This document shows positions 1 through 7,257 of a stretch of 15,559 bases of DNA, piece by piece. The first letter of the stretch is position 1, and the number at the start of each line of letters is the position of its first letter. Source of the DNA: Myxococcota bacterium (GTDB taxonomy: Bacteria > Myxococcota > JACRCW01); the NCBI GenBank assembly GCA_040752415.1, contig JBFMGU010000253.1, positions 1 through 15,559 of the forward strand. The letters run 5' to 3'. The notes beneath the pieces are model-generated. The model saw only the letters and a program-made list of their open reading frames with translations. It had not been told where the DNA came from and did not search any database. A program made the position numbers and the translations under genes.

Positions 1-1242
1 GGTGACCACGGCCCGTGGCGCATCCTGTTGTTCCTCCCGGCGGGTGAGCGCGCGCGCGAACGGGACGGGTTCGTGATGGCCGTCCTGGACGTTGACCTTT
101 CGCTGGCGGCGGCGTTGACGCGCTTCCATGAGATGGGAATCGCGCTGGAGCTCAGCGACGAGATGGCGCCGGTCGCGGGAGGCCTGTATCGCGGTCGCCT
201 GCGTCCCGCGCCCGCGGGAGCCGACTCGGTGGCGCCGGACGGTCCGCTCTTGGTCACCAGCTTCCGGTTTGCCGGTCGTCAATGGCACGCCACCATTGCC
301 GCAACCAAGGCGTACGTTGCGCGGAACCTGAGCTGGCAACCGTGGCTGGTGTTGTCGACGGGTGTTCTCTTCGTGGCGGTGATGGCGGTGTTCCTCCTGC
401 TCCTGACAGCGCGGGCCGCGCAGCTCGCCTCGTCGAACGCCCGGCTGACCGAGGCCCTTCGCGGGCGGGATGAGTTCCTCTCGCTGGCTTCGCATGAGCT
501 GAAGACCCCCATCACTCCCATCTCCCTCCAGCTGCAGGCCCTGGCGCGGCTGCTTGCGCGTTGCGCGGTGGAGCCCTCGTTGTCCCCGTCGTTGACCGTG
601 ACGGCCAGGCAGGCCATCGACGTTGCGGACCGGCAGCTGCGCCGCCTGGCCACGCTCATCAATGACATGCTCGACGCCACGCGTATTGGTGCGGGCCGCT
701 TCACCATGCAGCCGGAGACGTGCGACCTGGCGGACCTGGTGCGGCGAATGGAGGAGCGACACCGGCCCGTGAGCGTGGCAACCCAAACGCCCCTGCAGGT
801 GGAAGCGCCCGCTTCGCTGGTGGGCCGGTTCGATCCCCTCCGGATGGAGCAGGTGGTGGCGAACCTGCTGAGCAACGCGTTCAAGTACGCGCCGGGGAAC
901 CCCGTCCAGATCACCCTCTCCGCCGAGAACGGCAGGGCAAGACTGGTGGTGAAGGATGGTGGACCCGGCATCAGCGACGCGGACGTGCGGCGGATCTTCG
1001 AGCCCTACGAGCGGGCCGTGGCGATGCGACATCAGCCCGGTCTCGGGCTTGGGCTGCACATCACCCGACACATCGTCGAGGCGCACGGGGGGACCATCAC
1101 CGTCCACAGTCGTGCGGGGGAGGGCGCCACGTTCGTGGTGGAGGTGCCACTGGGGATTCAACCCGGAGAGAGCACCACCCTGGACACGCCGCGCGCATCA
1201 CCATTCCCTCGAGGCATGGAGCCATTGCCGCCGCTGGCATAG
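1..1242 (+). CDS. Membrane sensor histidine kinase (HisKA + HATPase_c) with probable CHASE-type extracytoplasmic domain; 5' end lies outside the window
   Basis: Frame is open from base 1 (GDHGPWRILLFLP...). TM segment WLVLSTGVLFVAVMAVFLLLL; H-box ASHELKTPIT; N-box NLLSNAFKY; G1 DGGPGI; F-box IFEPY; G2 GLGLGL. The pre-TM pattern (GFVMAVLDV...FAGRQW) resembles the end of CHASE domains, which is the less certain part of the call. Confidence 0.9.
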   Translation, partial: GDHGPWRILLFLPAGERARERDGFVMAVLDVDLSLAAALTRFHEMGIALELSDEMAPVAGGLYRGRLRPAPAGADSVAPDGPLLVTSFRFAGRQWHATIAATKAYVARNLSWQPWLVLSTGVLFVAVMAVFLLLLTARAAQLASSNARLTEALRGRDEFLSLASHELKTPITPISLQLQALARLLARCAVEPSLSPSLTVTARQAIDVADRQLRRLATLINDMLDATRIGAGRFTMQPETCDLADLVRRMEERHRPVSVATQTPLQVEAPASLVGRFDPLRMEQVVANLLSNAFKYAPGNPVQITLSAENGRARLVVKDGGPGISDADVRRIFEPYERAVAMRHQPGLGLGLHITRHIVEAHGGTITVHSRAGEGATFVVEVPLGIQPGESTTLDTPRASPFPRGMEPLPPLA

Positions 1243-1358
1243 TCGGGCCGACGCAGCGCAACGCGCGATTTCGTCGCCCGGACGCCTTGAGCAGCTCATG
1301 CACCACCGGGCGTGTGAGGCCTGCCCTAAGTGATTCCTAAGTTGCTGCGTGCAAACAG

Positions 1359-1653
1359 ATTGCCGATCCGTCGTGGCCGGCGAACACCCAACCCCCCACG
1401 TTCATGCCGTTGCGCTCGTTCGCCCCCCTTCCCCACACCCGCTGCGTCGACGTCAACCGCTGCGGGGAAGGGGGGCAAGCACTGGGTCTGGGCGCGTTTA
1501 GTCGTCGGAAAAAGGGCGGCTGCGCCCAGCGATTGCCCCCCCTTCCCCGGCTCGGTGACGTCGGAAAATTGGGTCTGGGGAAGGGGGGCGAGTGGGCGCA
1601 CCGGGACAAACGTGGGGGGTTGGGTGTTCGCCGGCCACGACGGAATGGGCAAT
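1359..1653. repeat. Long imperfect palindrome with nested inverted repeats; perfect 36-bp arms at 1367-1402 and 1609-1644
   Basis: TCCGTCGTGGCCGGCGAACACCCAACCCCCCACGTT (1367-1402) is the exact reverse complement of 1609-1644. Further paired blocks: 1411-1440/1571-1600, 1448-1455/1556-1563, 1463-1478/1533-1549, 1488-1495/1522-1529, and outer ATTGCC 1359-1364/GGCAAT 1648-1653. Confidence 0.95.
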
Positions 1654-1699
1654 TGCTTAGACCCAGTCCCTAACGCCAAGCATGCCCGTGCAGAAGCCG

Positions 1700-1725
1700 C
1701 CAACGTGGGCCGCGTGCCACGTTGG
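1700..1725. promoter_or_regulatory. Dyad CCAACGTGG-N8-CCACGTTGG, candidate transcription-factor or enhancer site
   Basis: Perfect 9-bp inverted repeat (1700-1708/1717-1725) in non-coding DNA, about 120-145 bp upstream of the sigma54-like element. The function is inferred. Confidence 0.4.
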
Positions 1726-1843
1726 GGTGTCTTCCAAACGTGGCGGATTGCCCACGCCGCCAGCCCAGGCCCCCCGGTGGGAGCGTGGGGCAGGCTGTCT
1801 TGGTGGAATGACGCCACGGACCTCCGCTGACGAGCATGCGACG

Positions 1844-1859
1844 TGGCACAAACGCTGCA
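1844..1859 (+). promoter_or_regulatory. Candidate sigma54 (-24/-12) promoter for the PilZ gene
   Basis: TGGCACAAACGCTGCA matches TGGCAC-N5-(T)TGCA with exact GG-N10-GC spacing, about 95 nt upstream of the likely start at 1953. Confidence 0.45.
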
Positions 1860-1952
1860 GCCCGGGACCGTCCGCGCGACGGGGCCTGAGGCAGCGTGAG
1901 GCTGGCCTCCCCCACGAAGAAGACCTGGTGCCCAGGCGCTGGAGGTGATTCG

Positions 1953-2636
1953 GTGCTCCTGCTCGACGATCCGATCCCTGTTCCCACGGGCCCGGCTGCG
2001 GCTTCCAATGCCTGGGAGGTGTGGTTTGGCAGTGGGATGGCCTTGCTGGCGTGCCATTACTGCGAGCCGGGTTCCGAGGGATTGTTGGTGAGCCTGTGCT
2101 CCAGCGTCCGCGTCGACCAGAACATCACGCTCCGACTCGTTGTTGTTGGGTTGGAGCACAGTTCCGCCACCCTGCGATTCACCGTCCAATGGCGAGAGCG
2201 GATGCCGGACAGTGTGTCGCACCGTGTTGGGTTGGCCTGCCTGCCACAAGACCTGCCGGCGCTGCGCCGCCTCCTCGCCATTGCGCGCGGCACGCCCGGC
2301 GCCACGACCCAGCGAGAACCCCAACGCATTCCCGTTCATATCCCCGTGGAGGTCCTTGGCGACGACGGGAAGATGCATCATGGCTCAACCCTGGATATCA
2401 GCGAAGGTGGGGCAAGGCTCGAGGTGTCGTGTCCGCTCGACGTCGGCACCGCGCTGATGCTCCGCCTCAAACCCCGTTTCGCCGACGACCGCCCCCGCAT
2501 TCCCGCCCAGGTGGTGTGGCGCGGCCCCGGAGGCGGCATGACCGTCGGTGTGCGCTTCCTGCCTCGGAACGACGGGGAGCGCCGTCACCTCAGGGAGTTG
2601 ACTCTCATGGCGCGCAGCCCGCTCAGCGAAGCGTGA
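1953..2636 (+). CDS. PilZ-domain protein (probable c-di-GMP receptor), likely with a degenerate N-terminal PilZ-like barrel
   Basis: C-terminal half has RxxxR (REPQR) and DxSxxG (DISEGG), then AQVVW...GVRF. The start was moved from 1896 to GTG 1953 because GGAGGT lies at 1941-1946. Confidence 0.88.
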   Translation: MLLLDDPIPVPTGPAAASNAWEVWFGSGMALLACHYCEPGSEGLLVSLCSSVRVDQNITLRLVVVGLEHSSATLRFTVQWRERMPDSVSHRVGLACLPQDLPALRRLLAIARGTPGATTQREPQRIPVHIPVEVLGDDGKMHHGSTLDISEGGARLEVSCPLDVGTALMLRLKPRFADDRPRIPAQVVWRGPGGGMTVGVRFLPRNDGERRHLRELTLMARSPLSEA

Positions 2637-3256
2637 CAGCGTGGGTCGGGCATGCTGCATCCGCGGCCTGGCGCGGGTGACGTGAAGCGGGGCGTGGTGC
2701 TGTCGTCGCAGTGATCGCGCACCGCGGCGTCAGGTGTTCCCGCGGACGGGCTGCCATGGCTGCTGCAGCTCCCGGCACCGGCATCGTCCTTGGCCATCAC
2801 GTTGCCCTGCCGTCGCGGGCCCACACCCGGTGTCCACGCCTACGCTCGGGCCCACGTCAATGCCACCCGCGGTCCCGGTGACCATGCGTTGTGTTCCAGG
2901 AACGGCGGCGGGCGCGGCGGCGGCGTGAAACAATAAAGTTGACTCCCTACCGCGAAGGCAGGCGAAGGTCCTCGGCATCGCGCGCACGCGCCAGCGACGA
3001 TTCTCGACGATGCCAGAGTGCTTTCAGCCGGGCAGGGCGCTTGGAGGGATGAGCTGGGTTCAGGGATGACTCGCCCCTACCTTTGGCTAAGCTTGGCCTT
3101 AGAGAACGTTAGCCGGGACCTGATGGGTTTCCCGTGGCGGTGATTTCCTCGCGCTTCGCGCCCTTGCCAGGAGACAGACGCTTCCTGGAGAGTGTCGGCG
3201 TTGCATCGCTGGGGGACGTGATGGGACTTGGGGGTAGGTCTACGGAGCACCTGTTG

Positions 3257-4279
3257 ATGGGAGAGATGCTCGAGAAGTTCACCCACATGACGGACGACAT
3301 GTTGTGCGTGGCCGGCGTTGAGGGCTTCTTCAAGTATCTGAGCCCGTCGTGGGAGCGCGTGCTCGGGTGGACGCTTGCGGAGCTTTGTGCGCGCCCGTTC
3401 GTCGACTTTGTTCATCCTGAGGACCGCGCGCGCACGACCCAGGAGACCGCCGCGATTGTCCAGGCAGGAAGGGTCCAGACGAGCTTCCGCAACCGCTACC
3501 GTTGTCGTGATGGCGGGTACCGTTGGTTGCTCTGGCGGACCAATGCCAACACGGAGGACGGCCTCATCTACGCCGCGGCCCGGGACGTGACGGACATGGT
3601 TGCCCTCGAGGGCCAGCGGGACGAGCTGATGGCCCTCATTGTTCACGACCTCAAGAGCCCCTTGTCCGTCATCAAGCTGAATGCCCAGTGGTTGCTGGGA
3701 GAGCTGCAAGGCGCACAGGAGGAGTCTGCCCGGGACATCGTGGGGGCAGCGGAGTGCATGGAGCGGCTGGTGCTGAACCTGCTCGATGTCTCACGAAGTG
3801 ATGAGAGGAACCTCGTGCCGCAGCTCAAAGAGGTCCTGGTCAAGGACCTGATGTCGGCCATCTATGCTGCGGCCAAGCGGCGCGCGGATGCGCTGGGCAA
3901 GAAGCTGCTCATCCGTCTGCCCGCACGCGAATGCCGGGTGCACGCCGACCGTGACCTCTTGCGACGCGTGCTGGAAAACCTCCTCGACAACTCGCTGAAG
4001 TACTCCCACGTGGGCGCGACCATCCAACTGGAAGCCAGGGAAACTTCGGAGGAAGGTGTCGAGTTCACCGTGGCCGACGACGGGCCGGGAATCCCTGCGA
4101 CACTCAGGCACCGCATCTTCGAGAAGTACGCGCGCCTGGACGACGGTGCGAATGCGCCCACTGGCCACGGGCTGGGTCTGGTGTTCTGCCGGCTGGCGGT
4201 GGAGGCGCATCGCGGCACCATCGGGGTGGAGGAAGGCGTTCCCCGGGGCACCGTGTTTCGTGTCCGGTTGCCGCGCTGA
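3257..4279 (+). CDS. Cytoplasmic PAS-domain sensor histidine kinase
   Basis: PAS_3-like region (YLSPSWERVLGW...FVHPEDR...RYRCRDGGYRWLLW...ARDVTD); H-box VHDLKSPL; NLLDNSLKY; DDGPGI; GHGLGL; no TM segment. Likely start is ATG 3257 (GGAG at 3244-3247); the ORF is open from 3134. Confidence 0.9.
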   Translation: MGEMLEKFTHMTDDMLCVAGVEGFFKYLSPSWERVLGWTLAELCARPFVDFVHPEDRARTTQETAAIVQAGRVQTSFRNRYRCRDGGYRWLLWRTNANTEDGLIYAAARDVTDMVALEGQRDELMALIVHDLKSPLSVIKLNAQWLLGELQGAQEESARDIVGAAECMERLVLNLLDVSRSDERNLVPQLKEVLVKDLMSAIYAAAKRRADALGKKLLIRLPARECRVHADRDLLRRVLENLLDNSLKYSHVGATIQLEARETSEEGVEFTVADDGPGIPATLRHRIFEKYARLDDGANAPTGHGLGLVFCRLAVEAHRGTIGVEEGVPRGTVFRVRLPR

Positions 4280-4515
4280 CACACGCTTCCTTCCCCGGTG
4301 CCCGACACACGAGAACAGACCAGTCACCGCTGGCCGCTGTTGTCGGTCAAGGCCGCTCCGTAACGCACTCCGCGGACGGTGTGGTGCGTGGCGTCACGCG
4401 ACGAGGAGGCGGTGGTGAAGGCGGCGCCCCAAGGCCCGGCCGCGACACTTGATGGCTGAAGCCTTGGGGCGAAACGGAGGAACACAGCGGGCAGCAGGAA
4501 ACAACAGCTGCCGCG

Positions 4516-4872
4516 CTACCGCTTGTTGATGGACATGGCGTGGTTGCGGTCCTTCCGGAGCTCATAGCTCACCGTGACGTTGTCTCCGGCCTTGAAGTCC
4601 TTCTTCAGCTGGTGGTGAATGGGCTGATCCACCTTGGTTCGTTTCCCCTGCAACATGGTTTCGTGGTGAACGTAGAACGGCGTTGCCACGCCATTGATGT
4701 CGAGGATCAGGTGGTCTTCCTTCACGTCGATCACACGGCCGGTCACCTCTTTGAGTCCGAGTTGCTCCGCGGCCTGCGCCGCCGGCTGCTCGCCCGTCTG
4801 GCCCTGGGCCATTGCCATCGATGACGCTGCCAGGAGTCCCGAAACCATCAGTCCAACCAGCTTGATCTTCAT
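4516..4872 (-). CDS. Small secreted protein (118 aa), OB-fold/DUF5666-like
   Basis: ATG at 4872 preceded by AAGGAAGGA; signal peptide MKIKLVGLMVSGLLAASSMAMA; mature part VTGRVIDV...FKAGDNVTVSY is typical of small periplasmic OB-fold proteins. The fold is inferred. Confidence 0.75.
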   Translation of the reverse strand: MKIKLVGLMVSGLLAASSMAMAQGQTGEQPAAQAAEQLGLKEVTGRVIDVKEDHLILDINGVATPFYVHHETMLQGKRTKVDQPIHHQLKKDFKAGDNVTVSYELRKDRNHAMSINKR

Positions 4873-5145
4873 TGCACACCATCCTTCCTTGGGCTCCCCC
4901 CTCTTGCGGAGATATCGAGCGTCGAAAGCGTCGGCCACTCTCGCGCCGTGTCCTTCGACGACATGTCCGCGCTTGTAGCCTGGCCCCGCCGTGCGCCGGC
5001 CTTCACGCCCTGGGGTTGTGGCGGCACGCGTTCCTGGAGAGGGCATCCCATGACGAGGATGAACCTGGGAGCCGAGAAGGGCTTGGCCAGGGAGTAGGGC
5101 GTGCCGACGCGCGCGGCCACCACCGCAACTCCCAGCTCAAGGTCG

Positions 5146-7257
5146 TCAGGTGGCGGTTTCGCCCAGCCGCAGCGTCTGGAACTCCGCGCGCAGCCCGTGG
5201 GTCTCCCGCAGCAGCATCTGGATGGCCTGACGCAGCTCTTCAATCTGCTGGGCGTGCTGTTGTGCCGTCCCGCGGACATCCTCCAGCGCACCCACCGTGT
5301 CCTGCGCGTTGCGGGTCTGGTGCTCGTGCGTCTCCATGGTCTGGTCCACCATGCTGCCCAGCTCCCGCAGCAGCGACTGCAGGTCCATGGTGGCGCGTGC
5401 GCTGTTCTGCACGGCCTGCTCCACCTGGGCGGTGAAGTCGCGCATGGCGTGGGTGGCCTTGATGATCCGCCCGGAGCCCTGCTGTTGCGCCTGGTACTCG
5501 CTGCTCACCTTTCCGGACGTGTCCGCAATGGTCTTGACCGCGAAGCGGAGTCGCTTGGACGCACGCGTCTGCTCCTCGGTGGCCTGGGCAATGGACCGCA
5601 CCTTCAGGGTGGCCTGCTCCGCGGAACGCACGATCTTCACCAACGCCGCGGCGGCGTCGCGCCCGAGGGAGACGCCACGGTCCACGTCTTCCAGGCCGCG
5701 TTGCATGGCCTCCCGGGCGGCCACGGAGCGGGTGTGCACCGCGCGGATGAGCTCGTCAATCTGCTTGGTGGCGGCGGAGGTGCGCGAGGCCAGCGACTTC
5801 ACCTCCGAGGCCACCACCGCAAAAGCCTCACCTTGCGCGCTGTGCTCCGCGGCGATGATGGAGGCGTTGAAGGACAGCAGGTGGGTCTGGCGCGCCACCT
5901 CGGAGATGACCTCCACGATGTTGCCGATGTCCGCCAGGCTGGTCTCCAGCTCACCAATGTCCCGGGCGATGTCCTGGGAAGACTGGCGGATCTGCTCAAT
6001 GCCGCCAATGGTCGACGTCAGCGCGGAATGGCCGGCGCGCGCCTCCTCCTGCACCCGGTCGGAGAACGACACGGTGGCGTCCACGCTCTGCTCGATGTTG
6101 GTGATGGCGTGGGCCATGGCGTCCACGGCCTGCGACGCTTCGTCGACCTGGTGATCCAGCTGCCGCATCTGGTCGGCAACGAGATTGACCGCTTCCGCCA
6201 TGCCCTGCACCGCGGCGGCGGACTCCTTGAGGGACCCGGCGGTGGCCGTGAGGTTGGCGCTGACCCGCTGGTTCTCCTGCGCCATCTCCACGGTGGTCTG
6301 GATGCCGTGGGAGATGCGCGTGCGCAGCGTCTCCGCGTTGCGGGCCACGCTGTTGAGCTCCGAGACGGTGACGGCGAGGGAGCGCGAGGTGCTGTCCAGC
6401 CTGGTGGCCACGTGCTTGACGCCACGGGTCACGCTCTCTCCGGTGCGGTCCGCGCGGAGGCTCAGCTGGGTCAGCTTCTCCACGAGGAGCGACACATTCA
6501 CGAGCACGCCGCGCAGCCGGCCCATCATGCTGGCGAATCCACGTCCCAGGACGGCAACCTCGTCGGTGCCCTGCACGTTGATGCTCTGCGCCAGGTCCCC
6601 ATCCGTGACCACGCGCTCGGCCACCTGGGTGAGGTCGCGGATGGGCCGCGCAATGATCGACCCCAGCGCCACCACGAGCACCAGGCTGGCCAGCAACACC
6701 AGCAGGCTCAGGATGGCCACCATTCCGCGGTTCTCCCGCGCGTCGCGCTCCACGTCGGAGAGCGAGAGGCCCATCAACAACACCGCCTCCGCGCCACCCC
6801 GCGTCCTGATGGGCGCCACCACGTGGAGCACGGAGCCTTCCCGGGTGGTCTGGATGTCGGCGACCTTCGCGGACGCGCCAGTGGGCACGCGGGCGGCCTC
6901 ATACGCCCCCAGCAACGTGCCATCAGGCTTGCGCACGCCGGCGTAGGCCACGTCCGGCATCACCTTGAGATTGCCAAGGAGCTCATTGGTGTTGGCGGAG
7001 TCGTCGAACTCCACGGCGGCCTGCAAAACCGAGGTCAAGACGGAGGCCACACCGGTGGCCCGACGACGAGCTCCCTCCTCCGCCAGGGAGGCCATGCGGG
7101 AAGGAAAGAACAGTGCCTGGAAGAGCGCGGTCCCGGTCAGCAGCAGCGCAATGGGGAGCGCGAGCTTGGCGCGCAAGGAGAGTGACTCGCCCCACCTCAT
7201 CATCCGGTGCGCACCGCCGCCCAGCGGCGAGGTTGAGACGGGACGGGAGTTGCTCAC
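5146..7257 (-). CDS. Methyl-accepting chemotaxis protein: TM - periplasmic (CHASE8-like) - TM - HAMP - extra-long signalling domain
   Basis: Two TM segments (about aa 32-51 and 179-202); HAMP (RPIRDLTQVAERV...GDL...DEVAVLGRGFASM); signalling core ISEVARQTHLLSFNASIIAA...AFAVVASEVKSLASRT. GTG start overlaps the upstream TGA (GTGA, 7254-7257). Confidence 0.93.
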   Translation of the reverse strand: MSNSRPVSTSPLGGGAHRMMRWGESLSLRAKLALPIALLLTGTALFQALFFPSRMASLAEEGARRRATGVASVLTSVLQAAVEFDDSANTNELLGNLKVMPDVAYAGVRKPDGTLLGAYEAARVPTGASAKVADIQTTREGSVLHVVAPIRTRGGAEAVLLMGLSLSDVERDARENRGMVAILSLLVLLASLVLVVALGSIIARPIRDLTQVAERVVTDGDLAQSINVQGTDEVAVLGRGFASMMGRLRGVLVNVSLLVEKLTQLSLRADRTGESVTRGVKHVATRLDSTSRSLAVTVSELNSVARNAETLRTRISHGIQTTVEMAQENQRVSANLTATAGSLKESAAAVQGMAEAVNLVADQMRQLDHQVDEASQAVDAMAHAITNIEQSVDATVSFSDRVQEEARAGHSALTSTIGGIEQIRQSSQDIARDIGELETSLADIGNIVEVISEVARQTHLLSFNASIIAAEHSAQGEAFAVVASEVKSLASRTSAATKQIDELIRAVHTRSVAAREAMQRGLEDVDRGVSLGRDAAAALVKIVRSAEQATLKVRSIAQATEEQTRASKRLRFAVKTIADTSGKVSSEYQAQQQGSGRIIKATHAMRDFTAQVEQAVQNSARATMDLQSLLRELGSMVDQTMETHEHQTRNAQDTVGALEDVRGTAQQHAQQIEELRQAIQMLLRETHGLRAEFQTLRLGETAT

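Noticed and set aside
1359..1653. Retron msr/msd or intrinsic terminator interpretation of the palindrome
   Set aside because: No reverse transcriptase gene is adjacent; it is far too long for a terminator and has no U-tract.
1330..1830. 166-aa + ORF and overlapping minus ORFs across the palindrome
   Set aside because: Composition is dictated by the inverted repeat (both strands give NVGGWVFAGHDG); no RBS or domain signature.
2926..2970. AT-rich patch with TTGACT as a sigma70 -35 box, or a riboswitch
   Set aside because: No -10 hexamer at 16-18 bp spacing, and no match to riboswitch consensus sequences I know.
4487..4514. Hairpin GGCAGC/GCTGCC just after the small secreted protein gene
   Set aside because: Only a 6-8 bp stem with an 11-nt loop and a weak U-tract; not enough to call a terminator.
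5101..7185. 694-aa + strand ORF
   Set aside because: Antisense shadow of the MCP gene; typical of GC-rich coding DNA, with no recognisable motifs.
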